64,000 nucleotides of DNA from the human T2T-CHM13v2.0 reference genome, Homo sapiens. How positions within the stretch are numbered: the stretch's first letter is position 1; the number at the start of each line of letters is the position of its first letter. The notes beneath the pieces are model-generated. The model saw only the letters and a list, made by a program, of their open reading frames with translations. It did no database searches and had not been told where the DNA came from. The position numbers and the translations under genes were made by a program. Below, piece after piece: positions 14,660 through 28,697 of this stretch. The stretch is taken from assembly GCF_009914755.1 (NCBI RefSeq), contig NC_060945.1. One strand, 5' to 3'.

Positions 14660-16873
14660 TGTATTCGTCCGTTTTCATGATTCTAATAAAGACATACCTG
14701 AGACTGGGAAGAAAAAGGGGTTTAAATGGATTTCTACTTCCACATGGCTGGGGAGGCCTCAGAATCATGGCGGGAGGTGAAAAGCACTTCTTACATAGCA
14801 CCAGCAAGAGAAAATGAGGAAGAAGCAAAAGCAGAACCCCCGATAAACCCATCAGATCTTGTGAGACTTATTCACTATAACGAGAATAGCATGGAAAAGA
14901 CCAGCCACCATGATTCAACTGCCTCCCCCTGGGTCCCTCCCACAATGTGTGGGAATTCTGGGAGATACATTTCAAGTTGAGATTTGTATAGGGACACAGC
15001 CAACCATGTCATTCTGCCCGTGGCCTCTCAAAATCTCGTGTCCTCACATTTCAAAACCAATCATGCTTTCCCAACAGTCTCCCAAAGTTTTAACTCTCTT
15101 GAGCATTAACTCAAAAGTCCACAGTCCAAAGTCTCATCTGAGACAAGGCAAGTCCCTTCTGCCTATGAGCCTGTAAAATCAAAAGCAAGTTAGTTACTTT
15201 CTAAATTCAATGTGGGTACATGCATTGGGTAAATACAGCCATTCTAAATAGGAGAAATTGGACAAGATGAAGGGGCTACTGGCCCCATGCAAGTCTGAAA
15301 TCCAGCAGGGCTGTCAAATCTTAAAACTCCAAAATGATCTCCTTTGACGTCATGTCTCGCATCTGGGTCATGCTGATGGAAGAGGTGGGTTCCCATGGTC
15401 TTGGAGACCTATACCCCCGTGGCTTTGCAGGGTACAGCCTCCCTCCCAGTTGCTTTCATGGGCTGGCATTGAGTGTTTGCAGCTTTTCCAGGCTCACCGT
15501 GCAAGCTGTTAGTTGATCTACCATTCTGGGGTCTGGAAGATGGTGGCCCTGTTTTCACAGCTCCACTACTCAGTGCCCCAGTAGGGACTCAGTGTGGGGG
15601 CTCTGACCTCACAATCCCCTTCCCCACTGCCCTAACAGAGGTTCTCCATGAAGACCTCACCCCTGCAGCAAATTTTTGCCTGGGCCTCCAGGTGTTTCTA
15701 TACATCCTCTGAAATCTAGGTGGTACCCAGACCTCAATTCTTGACTTCTGTGCATACACAGGCTCAACGCCACATGGAAGCTGCCAAGGCTTGGGGCTTC
15801 CACCCTCTGGAGGCACATCCCAAGATGTATGTTGGCCCCTTTCAGCCATGGATGGAGTGACTAGGACACCAGGCACCAAGTCCCTAGGCTGCACACAGCA
15901 CAGGGACACGGGACCCAGCCCACTAACCCACTTTTTCCTCCTGAGCTTCCAGGCCTGTGATGGGAGGGGCTGCTGTGAAGGTCTCTATCATGGCCTGGAG
16001 ACATTTTCTCTACGATCTTGGAGATTGACATTAGGCTCCTTGCTTCTTATGCAAATTTCTGCAGCTGGCTTGAATTTCTCCCCAGAAAATGCATTTTTCT
16101 TCTCTATCACAGCATCAGGTTGCAAATTTTCCAGACTTTTATGTTCTGCTTCCCTTATAAAACTGAATGCCTTGCTGCTTAGAAATTTCTTCTGTTGGAT
16201 ATGCTAAATCATCTCTCTCAATTTCAAAGCTCCACAGATCTCTAGATCTGGGGCAAAATGCCACCAGTCTCTTTGCTAAAACATAATAAGAATCACCTTT
16301 GCTCCAGTTCTCAGGAAGTTCCTCATCTCCATCTGAGGCTACCTCAGCCTGGACCTTATTGTTCAGATCACTATCAGCATTTTTGTCAAAGCCAGTCAAC
16401 AAGTCTCTAGGACGTTCCAAACTTTCCCACATTTTCTTCTCTTCTTCTGAGCCCTCCAAACTGTTCCAACAATAGCCCATTGCCCAGTTCCAAAGTCGCT
16501 TCCAAATTTTCAGGTATCTTTTCAGCAACACCCCATTCCTGGTACCAATTTACTGTATTAGTCCGTTTTCATGCTGCTGATAAAGATATACCCAAGACTG
16601 AGAAGAAAAAGTTGTTCAATTGGACTTACAGTTCCACATGGCTGGGGAGACCTCAGAATCATGGCAGGAGAAAATTAGGAAGAAGCAAAAGTGGAAACCC
16701 CTGATAAACCTATCACATCTCATGAGACTTATTCAGTATCACAAGACTAGCATGAGAAAGACTGGCCCCTATGATTCAATTACTTCCACCTGGGTCCTCC
16801 CCACAACACGTTGGAATTCTGGGAGATACAATTCAGGTTGACATTTGGGTGGGGACACAGCCAAACCATATCA
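14660..16873 (-). mobile_element. THE1A provirus 2 (LTRs 14660-15011 and 16554-16873)
   Basis: two LTRs, about 1.54 kb internal region; TSD GTCCC/GTCTC. Confidence 0.93.
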
Positions 16874-17549
16874 GTCTCTCCTCCTTGATTTTGAAGAGTA
16901 GTTTCAATAGGATTGTGACCAGCTATTTTTTATTTGCTCATAGAATTTGGCTGTGACTGCATTTGGTCCAGGAGGTTTTTTGTTTTTTATGTTTTTGCGT
17001 AATGGGTTTTTTATTACTGATTCAATTTTAGAACTCTTTATTGCCTTTTTGTTTATTCAGGATTTCAATTTCTTCTTGATACGATCTTGGGCAGTCGTGT
17101 TTTTCTACGAATTTATCTATTTTCTCTAGATTTTCTAGTTTGTGTGCATAGTGGTGTTCATAATAGTCTCTGAGGATCTTTTGAATTTCTGTGGCATTGG
17201 TTGTAATATCACTTTTGTCATTCCTGATCATGTTTATTTGGATTTATTTTTTCATTGTTCATCTAACTAGTAGCTTATTAATCTTGTTTATTCTTTCAAA
17301 AATCAAACTTTTGGTTTCGTTGATCCTTTGTATAATTTTTGATTCTCAATTTCATTCAGTTCTACTCTAAGTTATTTATTTTCTTCTCCTAGTTTTAGAG
17401 TTACATTTTTCTTGTTTTTCTAGAAGTCTAGGTGCAATCTTAGATAGCTAATTTGAGATTTTTCTATCTTATTGACATAAGCATTTAGCACTATAACATT
17501 TCCTTTTAACACTGCTTTTGCTACATCCCATAGATTTTGGTATGTTGTG

Positions 17550-17922
17550 TGATATAATTTGGCTCTATGTCCCAACCCAAATCTCATCTCGAATTGTAAT
17601 CACCATGTGTCAGCAAAGGAGTCTGGTGGGAGGTGATTGAAACGTGGAGACAGACTTCCCTCTTGCTGTTCTCATGATAGTGAGTTCTCATGATACCTTG
17701 TTTTTTGAAAGTGTAGTACTTGCTTCAAATTCTCACCTGCTCTGCCATGGTAAGATGTGCTTGCTTCCCCTTCACCTTCCATCATGATTGTAAGTTTCCT
17801 GAGGCCTCCCAGTCATGCTTCCTGTTAAGCCTGTGGAGCTGTGAGTAAATTAAACTTTTTTTCTTCATAAATTACCCAGTCTCAGATAGTTCTTTAGAGC
17901 AGGGTGAAAATGAGCTAATACA
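17550..17922 (+). mobile_element. MSTA/THE1D-like solo LTR in L1
   Basis: TGATATAATTTGGCTC...GCTAATACA. Confidence 0.85.
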
Positions 17923-19032
17923 CTTTTATTTCTGAGAATTTTTTTATTTCTGCCATAATTTTGTTGTTTACTCAAAAGTTGTTCAGGAGTAAGTTGTTCA
18001 ATTTCCATGTGATTGTGTTGTTTTTAGAGAGCTTCTTAATATTTATTTGTACTTTTATTTCTCTGTAGTCTGAGAGTATGCTTGGTATAGAGTTTGATTT
18101 TTTGTTTAACTTATTGAAACTTTATGGCCAAGCATGTGGTCAATCTTAGAGTATGTTCCAGGTGCAAATGAGAAGAATATACGTTCTGTGGTTGTTGGGT
18201 GGAGTATTCTGTTGTTGTGTATTAGGTCCAATTGGTCAAGTTATAATAGACATTTAGAGTTTCTGTGTTAGTGTTCTGCCTCAGTGATTTGTTTAACACT
18301 GTAAGTGGGTAGTTGAAATCCCCCCACTATTATTGTGGGACAATGTCTTTTCATAGGTCTAGAAATACTTGTTTTATGAATCTAGGTGCTCTAATGTTGG
18401 GTGCATATATATTTAGGATAGCTGGGTCTTTTAGTTGAATTAAACCATTTATCATTATGTATGTCCTTCTTTGTCCTGTTATACTGTTTTTGGTTTAAAG
18501 TCTGTTTTATCTGATATAATAATAGTGACCCTTGCTCTTTTGTGTTTTCCATTTGCATCATAAATCTTCCTCTAACCCTTTATTTTGAGCCTGTAGATGT
18601 TGTTACATGTCAGATGGTCTTTTGAAGACAGCAGACAATTGAATCTTGTTGTTGTTGTTTTAACCCAATTTGCTATTCTGTGCCTTTTAAGTGAGGAATT
18701 TAGACCACTCACACTCAAGGTTAATATTGATGTGTGAGGTTTTGATCCTGTTGTGATGTTTTTAGCTTGTTGCTCTGTGGTCTTAATTCTATAGTTGTTT
18801 TATAAATTATTTTGGCTATGTACTTAAGTGTGTTTTTGTGGTAGCAGGTATTGCTCTTTCATTTCTGTGTTTAGAACTCTCATAATGATCTCTTATAAGG
18901 CTAGTCTAGTGGTAGCAAATTCCCTTAGTGATTGCTTGTTGGGAAAACATTTTATTTCTCTTTCACATATGAAAGTTAGTTTGGTGGGTTATGAAATTAT
19001 TGGCTGGACTTTCCTTTCTTTAAGAATGTTGA

Positions 19033-19321
19033 GGCCATTCATAGTGGCTTACATCTGTAATCCTAACACTTTGGGAGGCTGAGGTGAGAGGGTCTCTCAA
19101 GGCCGGGAGTTTAGGACCAACCTTGGTAATATGGTCAGACCCTATCTCTCCACAAAATTTTAAAAATTAGCCATGCCTGGTGGTACTCATCTATGACCCT
19201 AGCAGGAGGCTGAGGTGGGAGGATTGCTTTAGACTAAGAAGTCAAGGCTGCATTGAGCCATGATGTGCCACTGCACTCCAGCCTAGGTGACAGAGCAAGA
19301 TCCTGTCTGTAAAATAAAATA
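19033..19321 (+). mobile_element. AluJ in L1
   Basis: diverged dimer with J-type GGAGGATTGCTT..GTCAAGGCTGCA. Confidence 0.9.
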
Positions 19322-21951
19322 TAGAGTGCTGAAAATAGACCTGCACTCTTTTCTAGCCTTTAAAGTTTCTGCTGAGAAGTCTGCTGTTAGCCTGATGGAC
19401 TTCTTTTTGAAAGTGATCTGACCCTTTTCCATAGCTGCCTTTAAGATCTTTTCTTTGCACTGACCTTGGGCAGTCTAGTGACTATGTGCCTTGGTGATGT
19501 TCATCTTCTATAATATCTTACAGATGTTCTCTGGATTGTTTGTATCTGAATATCCAACTCTAGCAAGATTAAGAAAATTTTCTTGCATTATTCTCTCAAA
19601 TGTTTTTTAGGTGGATTACTTTTTCTCCTCTTTCAGAAATGCCAATAATTTGTAGGTTTTGTTGTTTAACATAATCCCATATTACTCAAAGATTTTGTTC
19701 ATTTTTTAAAATTCTTTTTTCTTTAATTTTGTCTGACTAGGCTAGTTCAAAAGAGAAATCTTCAAGCTCCGAAATTCTTTTCTTCTTCTTGGTTTTGTCT
19801 ATTGATAGAGCTTTCATTTGTATTTTGAAATTTCTTAAGGGACTTTTTCAATTTCAGAAGCTCTGTTGATTTTTTAAAAAGTTGTTTATCTCCTCCTTGA
19901 TTTCCTAGGTTTCTTTAGTAGTTTCTTTGTGTTGATTTTTAACTCTATCTTGGATTTTATTCAGCTTCCTTGCAATTAATGTTTTTAATTCTTTATCTGT
20001 CATTTCTGAGTTCCTATTTTGGTTAGGTTCCATTGCTAGAGTACTAGTGTGATTTTTTTGGTGGTGTCATAAGATTCAGATTTTTCATGATGGCAGAATT
20101 CTTATGCTGGTTTCCTCTCATCTGGAGAGTCTGGCACTTCTAACTTTTATAATTATTTTCATGCAGATATGATTTCCTTTTCTTTCTCTGTATGTATTTT
20201 TTCTTTATCTTTACCACCACTCTCTAGGAGGTGTGACTGTGGAGTATGTTGCATAGGATTCTTTGGCTTTGCTGCTACAGCCATGTCCACTTCTGTCCAC
20301 AGGTTTCATACTGGGCTGTGGGATTCCACCTATAGGCTAGTGGATGGCACTTACTCACAAGAGCTAGTTGCGGCACAAGCAGACGAATCCATACCTGATC
20401 TTTGCTTACTGTGAGGTTCTCTCCGTTGTCTCAGGTGTTGGGCTGGACAGTGGAGTGGCCAGTGCCCTGAGCTCCTGTTCCTTGGCAATGGGGGAACACC
20501 TCTGGCCTGAGCTGGGGCCCCAGACTTGCCCATGAACATACCAATGGAGAGCACAGGCACCACTCCTGACAAGGGTGGCTGGGAAGAGCTCCTGGTGAAA
20601 TGCACTGAGGTCTCTGCCAGAGCGTGAAGTCATTGCACTGGCTCCCCATCTTAGATAGGAAGTAGCATAATCTATTTTCCTGTCACACCCCAGTTCCATG
20701 TGACTCCTCATTCAGATGCACATTGTAGTCTACCTCTGGACCCCAGTATGGATGAGAGCCATAGAAAACGCTGCTGTGTGACTGTCCATCGGAGAGGTTT
20801 TAGGGCAGAACCTTGTCAGTCAGTCTAATGCAGGTACCTTTATAGCTGTCTTGTTCTCTGATGTGGAAGGCTGCTGCTTCATGTAAAAGGGAAGGAGGTA
20901 GGTGTCGGTTGTGGTGTCAGCTGGTTAGGTCAGTCTGACCTCAGGCTCTGTTGGAAGTGGTCAGGTGCCAGAAGAGTTGGAATAGGGTAGGTGGTTTTCC
21001 AGTCTCCAGGCCCCTCGATTGCCCACTGGACAGTGTGTATGATTCCTGAAGGGGCTGGACCAGGTTTGGGTGCTGGCTGAGATGGGGAGGGGCAGGCTTG
21101 TCCCTGAGTCACAAGCTGAAATCTCAGGCAGGCAGGCAGAAAGCTTATGTGGTAGGAGCCTAAAAGAAGGTCACAGACCTATAGAGTAGGGTTTTCAGGA
21201 GGGCTTAGCTGACTTCAGCTGAAATGCTCAGGTTGGGGCAGGGTGTTGGAGGTGTGCGAAAGCCTTCAGCTTCTCTGTTCCCTCCCTAGTCTGAGGGCAG
21301 TGGTGGCAGGGGCCTTCCACAGTCACAGCCGCACTGCCCCAAAGTGTTCAGGCAGGGGTGGGGCGGGTGCACTGGGAGTCCAAGCCAGTGGGCCCTGCCT
21401 GGTGAGGAGCAGCAAGGTCAGGGGTCACACTGTCTGCGGTCCGTCTGCTCCTCAGCACCCAGCTGTAGCCTCTGACCTACAGGTGTGTGAAAGAATTTGT
21501 CCTCTCTTGTTGGTGGGTATACGGCAGCTAGTACTGGGCTGCTCAGGGATCCAGGGCCTGTGGGGCTTCATGTGGGCTTGAGCGGTAACTCTGCACAGAC
21601 TCCAGGTGGTTCTTTGTGTCACTCTGGAGGCCTGGGAGTGTCAGGGGTGTTCTCCTGAGCCCAGTGTAGCAAACGTTTGTGGCAGAAGTGTGGGCCCCAA
21701 GGACTTTCACGGACTCACCCATTCCCCATGTTACAGAGCTTCCCCTGGCTCCACACCAGTCCCAGGAGGGAGGCTGCCTGGCTTCATTGTGCTCTATTCT
21801 CCGTAACTCCTGTCACTTTCTTGGTGAATACCAACGTGATCGCCTAGAAAATCCACTTTAAAAGCTAGCATTTATTCACCACTTTGCTTCCTCTCTGTGA
21901 GAGCCTGATGCACTAGCTGCTTCTAGTCAGCCATCTTGAACCAGAACCTCT

Positions 21952-21992
21952 GCTTTTGTTTGTTTGTTTTTGTTTTGTTTTGTTTTGTTTTT
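21952..21992. repeat. (GTTT/GTTTT)n simple repeat
   Basis: direct observation. Confidence 0.85.
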
Positions 21993-23235
21993 CAGCCATC
22001 ATGAGGAATTGTCTCAAATTTATTGCTAAAATAAAGGGGAACTATCCATCCATTGGTCATATTTAGTATTAGGAATATTACTTACAGTATGATTTCAAGG
22101 GAGCTCCTAGAAAGTAATAGTTCCTTTAAATATTTTTTGTAATGTCATTTTATTTTATTACTCTTTCTAGAATATTGTTGAAAACTAATATTGTTAGCAC
22201 TTTGGTTGTTTCTGTAATTTTTTATTTTCAACCTCAAGTTTCACTTAAAAAAGCCTCAGTCTGCTGACTTTTAACTGGTAATGTTAGAGGTACATTTTTA
22301 GACACAGCAAAGTATTTGCCCATTCCAAGTTAGATGGTACCAAATGGAGGGACTGTCCAATTCTGAACACTAGAATATATACTTATCTCTATGCTACCTT
22401 CACTCCCTTTCCCTCCATGAAGTCCCAGAGATTTATGATGTAGTTGTATGATTTCATCTGTAATTATTTTAAATGGCATTTACCTGATTTCAGAGATTTG
22501 AATTCAGTTAGAGACAATAATCCTGTTTTACTACTCTCCTTAACTTCATCACATTTCATTTTTTCTGTTAACTGTATTTATTTTACCATTTTTAATTTTA
22601 AGATAATATTTTGAATTAAAAAGCTGTAAATCAAACATAGTCAAATAATGTTCTATATCTGTCCTTTATTAAAAATACAACTGACACCACAGCAGTACAT
22701 TTTTCAGGCTTTCGATGAGGCCAAACCAGCTGCTTTCCTTTGTCCTTCACTTTCCTCAGAAGTTTTCTTTAATTCTGGGCTTTAACCTTCCTGACTACAC
22801 ATATTCTCTGCTTCTCTTTCAAATTGTTATACCCTCCTCTAAGTCAATCTTCAATTTATAACATTGTGCCCTTCATGGTTAGATCAGTTTAAAGATCCAA
22901 GTGAAACATGTAAAGTGTTCAATTTGAATACATAAAACAATGCAGCAGTAGTTAAAATCACATGTACCATATAAAAACTATCAGCCTTAAAGTATCACCC
23001 CATTAGGAAAGACCAATTAAAAAGTATGGCTCTTTCACTCTTCCCTGACGGTCAGTAGAGCAAAGATTTGACAGATTGAAAATTTGGTCTGAATTACTTA
23101 TATTGAATATTTCTTAAAGAACTCTGGTTCTTTTCATCACACTACAACATTCAAACTGATTTTTAAACTATTATTTAAATTTTTATAATTATATAGTCAT
23201 ATACTAATCAAAAATCCAGAAAGGAATCTACACTT

Positions 23236-25534
23236 TGTATTAGTCCATTCTCATGCTGTTATAAAGAACTGCCCAAGACTGGGTAATCTACAAAGGTAAG
23301 AGGATTAATTGACTGACAGTTCCACATTGCTGGGAAGGCCTCAGGAAACTTACAATCATAGTGGAAGGCAAAAGAGAAGCAGGTACCTTCTTCACAGGTG
23401 GCAGGATGGAGTGAGTGCAAGTAGGGGAAATGCCAGATGCTTGTAAATCCATCAGATCTTGTGAGACTCCCTCACTATCACAAGAACTGCTTGGGGTAAA
23501 CTGTTTCCATGATCTGAGTTCCACCACCTGGTCTTGCCCTTAACATGTAGGGATTATGGGGATCATAATTCAAGATGAGATTTTGGGTGGGGACACAGCC
23601 AAACCATGTAAGTCTGTACCTGGCCCCTTCCAAATCTCATGTCCTCACATTTCAAAACACAATCATGCCCTTCCAACACTTTCTCAAAGTCTTACCTCAT
23701 TCCAACATTAACCCAAATGTATGAGTCCAATGTCTTTTTTGAGACAAGACAATTCCTTTTGACTGTCAACCTGTAAAATCAAAAGCAAATTAGTTACTTT
23801 CTAGATAAGATGTGGTTACACACCTTGGGTGTGTAAATGTAACCATTCCAAACAGAAGAAATTGGCCAAAACAAAGGGGCTGCAGGCCCCATACACGTCC
23901 AAAATCCAATAGGGCAGTCATTAAACCTTAAAGTTCCAAAATAATATCTTTTGACTACATGTCTCACGTCCAGGTTATGCTGATGCAAGAGGTGGGCTCC
24001 CGCAGCTTTGGGCAGCTCTGCCCTGTGGTTTAGCAGGGTACAGTCCCCCCCCCGGCTGCTTTCATGGGCTGGCATTTAGTGCCTGTGGCTCTTCCAGGTG
24101 CTCAGCGCAAGCCATTGGTGGATCTACCATTCTGGGGTCTGGAGGATGGTGGCCCTCTTCTCATAGCTCCCCTAGACCGCAGTGGGGACTCTGTGTGGAG
24201 GCTCTGACTCCAGATTTCTCTTCCACACTGCCCTGGCAGAGGTTCTCCATGGGGCCTCTGCCCCTGCAGCAAACTTCTACCTGGACACCCAGGCATTTCC
24301 ATAGGTCCTCTTAAATCTAGGCAGAGGTTCTCAAACCTCAATTCTTGACTCCTCTGCACCTGCAGGCTCAACACCATGTGGAAGCTGCCAAGGCTTGAGG
24401 CTTGCAACCTCTGAAGCAACAGCCCAAGCTGTATGTTGTCCCCTTTTAGCCACGGATGGAGCTGAAGCAGCTGGGATGCAGGGCACCATGTCTGGAGGCT
24501 GCATACAGCAGGGGGGCCCTGAGCCAGGCCCACGAAACCATTTGTATCTCCTAGGCCTCTGGGCTTGTGGTGGGAGGGGCTCCCATGAAGGTCTTTGACA
24601 TGCATTGGAGACATTTTTCCCACTGTCTTGGTGATTAACATTTGGTTTCTTGTTACACATGCAAATTTTTGTGGCTGGCTTGAATTTCTCCCCCAGAAAA
24701 TAGGGTTTTCTTTTCTGTCATATTATCAGGCTGCAAATTTTCTAAGTTTTTATGCTCTGTTTCCTCTTGAACGCTTTGCTGCTTAACATTTTCTTTTGCC
24801 AGATACCATAAATCATCTCTGTCAAGTTCAAAGTTCCACAACTCTCTAGGGCAGGGGCAAAATGCTGCCAGACTCTTTGCTAAAGCATAGCAAGAATCAT
24901 CTTTGCTCCAGTTCCCAACAAGTTCCTTATTTCTATCTGAGACCACTTCAGCCCGGACTTCATTGCCCATATCACTATCAGCATTTTACTCAAAACCTTT
25001 CAAGTCTCTAGGAAGTTCCAAACTTTTCCACATCTTCCTATCTTCTTCTGAGCCCTCCAAGCTGTTCCGACTTCTGTCTGTTACCTAGTTCCAAAGTAAC
25101 TTCCCCATTTTTTGGGTATTTTTACAGCAGAGCCCCACTACCTCAGTACTAATTTACTGTATTAGTCCATTCTCACACTGCTATAGAGAACTGTCCGAGA
25201 CTGGGTAATTTATAAAGGAAAGGTGTTTAATTGACTCACTGCTTTGCATGGCTGGGGAGCCCTCAGAAAACTTACAATCATGGTGAAAGGCAAAGGAGAA
25301 GCAGGCACTTTCTTCACAGGGTGGCAGGATGGAGTGAGTGCAAGCAGAGGAAACGCCAGACACTTATAAAACCGTCAGATCTGGTGAAACTCACTCACTA
25401 TCAAGAGAACAGCATGGGAGAAACTGCCCTCATGCTCTAATTACCTCCACCTGGTCCTGCCCTTGATACATGGGGATTATTGGGATTATATTTCAAAATG
25501 AGATTTTGGGTGGGGACACAGCCAAACTATATCA
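23236..25534 (-). mobile_element. THE1D provirus (LTRs about 23236-23611 and 25158-25534)
   Basis: two LTRs with GGAGTGAGTGCAAG..GGAAATGCCAG; THE1 internal region; TSD CACTT/TGCTT. Confidence 0.9.
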
Positions 25535-26074
25535 TGCTTCTCTGTGAATGTATCTTTGGAATTCTTAGATTTGCAGCAGCAGCTCTTCCCAGGCCATAGC
25601 TTTCTCTTCTCATTGTCGCAAATCCCACCATCAATTTTCCAAAGCGAATAGATATTCTCCTTCCAGGCTAGACTCTGTCAGGCTGTCATGACTGCTTTCA
25701 GAAACAACTGTGCTTCTGGTTTTGAAAGCAGACTTTTCTGTGTTTGATGGAGGATGTTTATATCATGAAGGTTAACTTATAGGGACTGCAGAATCATCAC
25801 ACAGCATAATGGAAGGAAAAGTAACTGGATGAAGGCTGAATTACAATCTATAAATAAGGGTAGCTGCTGCTATTCTATTTAGACGGCAGCAAGAAAAGGT
25901 AGGACAAAAAAAAAAAAGCAATGAAGGAAAAATAGATGAAGTAGGAATTAAAATTTAACTTTTTGCCAAATGGAATTCTTAAGGAGAATGAAGCAAAGAT
26001 GATTAAAACCTTAATGTTTCCAAATCTCTCAGTTTTGCCTAAATCCCATTTCTTACATAGGCTCTAGATGCTAG

Positions 26075-26295
26075 CATAGGTGTCCAATCTTTTGGCTTCC
26101 CTGGGCCACATTGGAAGAAGAACTGTGTTGGGCCACACATTAAATACACTAACACTAACGACCGCTAATGACCTAAAAAAAATGACCAAAAAAACCGCAT
26201 AAAGTTTTAAGAAAGTTTATGAATTTGTGTTGGGCCACATTCAAAGCCACCCTGGGCCACATGTGGTCTATGGGCAATGGGGTTGGACAAGCTTG
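26075..26295. mobile_element. MER30 hAT fossil
   Basis: GGTGTCCAATCTTTTGGCTTCCCTGGGCCAC...GGTTGGACAAGCTTG. Confidence 0.85.
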
Positions 26296-26394
26296 ATCTA
26301 GACTTGAGAATGGTATTGACTATCAGCAAAGTTCAAACGATATGAATGCTAAACTTCAATCTTTTTAGAAACTCTGTACAATAAGTTGATGTAA

Positions 26395-26761
<367 letters not shown>

Positions 26762-27049
26762 TAAAAATTATTTTAAAATAACAGGTAAGTTGTGCTTTTT
26801 TATAAATTCAAGTGATTGTTACTTTCCTGGGTGCCAGGAAAATCAAAATTGGCTAGTTGGGTTTCAGAACTTTAAGAAAAGTCTTTCACTTACATGTTCC
26901 ACTTGAAGTAAATATCGAAGACATTTGCTTAGCAATAATTATATTGTTTAAGGAGGTTTGTGATTGTTTGTGCTTATAACCATTTCCTGATTTAGTCTCA
27001 TGAAATTACTTTAACAACTTTCACCCTTCAGCTGCCATACAAACAGGTA

Positions 27050-27490
27050 TGTCTAAAAGGCAGTTTCCTCAGAAGCAGACTCTGTGGGAGAGATACTTAC
27101 ATAAGTGATCTTCAGGGGGTACTGGCAGAAGAAACCTACAGGGCAGTGAGAGATACATAAACAGGGAAGGGAAAGAGGCTACGCTAAGGCTCAGGTGAAG
27201 GGTAGTCTCATATGAGCACGTGAGTAGCTCTGGAGCATAAACTCCAATACCAGATTTTTCCCAAATATTAGGGAACTGAGCTCAGGAATTGTCTAGAAGC
27301 TGCCCTAAGAACTGGAGGACGGTATAGCATCCCAGGCATTAGCCAAGAAGTTTCCTATTGGCTATGGGCAATTTTTGATGAAGAATGCAAGTATGAGTTG
27401 CTGGTTTCTAACACCTGCAGCAGCTAATGGTGAGAGTAGTAGCCTGGTTAAAAAAAAAAATCTGGGTGGAACATCATCAATATTGGTTAC
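27050..27490 (-). mobile_element. LTR16-like ERVL solo LTR
   Basis: CCTCAGAAGCAGACTCTG..ACAGGGAAGGGAA..TCTGGGTGGAACA resembles the LTR16 family; TG..CA ends. Confidence 0.5.
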
Positions 27491-28370
27491 AAGGAAGAAC
27501 AGAAGCAGTGAGCAGTAAATTAAGTTGAGAAAGTCTTCAGAGTTATTTTCCTTAAAGATCGTAAATACTCTAGTGAGCAGTTGCATCTTTGAACTTATAG
27601 AAGCAATAATTTGCCACTACAAAAACCCCCAGATGGATTGAACCAAGCATTCCCAGAATCTTGTTTCAAATGATGTTTTTTTTACATTCATTCATGACTT
27701 TCCCTTCATCCTGCATCATATAATATCATGTAAATGTCAAACAAAGAAATCATGCTGTAATTTCTCCATAGAACTAGGGGAAAAATGAACAGGGCCAGCC
27801 TTAGCTATCTAACTCTACCTTAATCACCGAAGAAGATAGTAAATACCTTGCAAGGCAAAAGGCAATGCCAATGGACTGCAGAGAAAAAAAAAGAAAGAGG
27901 AATGCAAATCGAGTTAAATTTGAAATACACTCTGGTATTACCTGCCCCTTAAGTTGGAGATAAAGTCATGACAGCATTTTATTAAATATTCTTCCTTAAT
28001 CTTACACAATAATCTATATGCCTTACATATATGTCAATTGTCTTCCAAAGAAACTGATTATGTAATAACTGCATGTATTCAAACCTTTACTAACAACTCA
28101 GAAAAGAAAGTATATATTCATCTTAATATAATGAAAAATATACATCAATATTCAATGCAGATAATATATGTAAATGCTCAATTTAGGCAAAATATTTATA
28201 GACAATACATTATGAAAAGTAACTAACAATAGAATAATAATTTTTTGCTGTTTAAGTATAAGTTCTTCTGGGGAAAGTATAGACTATTTTAAGCACGAAT
28301 CAACAATAAAGTTCATATTTCACTTAAATTTATAAACACAACACATGCATGTATAAATACATATATATAG

Positions 28371-28697
<327 letters not shown>

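Larger units (their letters stand above)
11323..21950 (-). mobile_element. near-full-length old primate L1 (L1PA15/16- or L1PB-like), 3' end missing, with nested insertions
   Basis: colinear ORF2, ORF1 and GC-rich 5' UTR (about 20170-21950); minus-strand 5' end CAAGATGGCTGACTAGAAGCAGCTAGTG. Confidence 0.85.

Noticed and set aside
20169-21861. GC-rich ORF cluster
   Set aside because: 5' UTR of the old L1
11527-25534. PRDM9 hotspot motif CCTCCCTNNCCAC in THE1 LTRs
   Set aside because: The LTRs I checked carry CCTCCCCAGCCAT-type or further mutated versions, not the active motif
25692-25731. Hairpin CTGCTTTCA/TGAAAGCAG
   Set aside because: Stem too short to be significant
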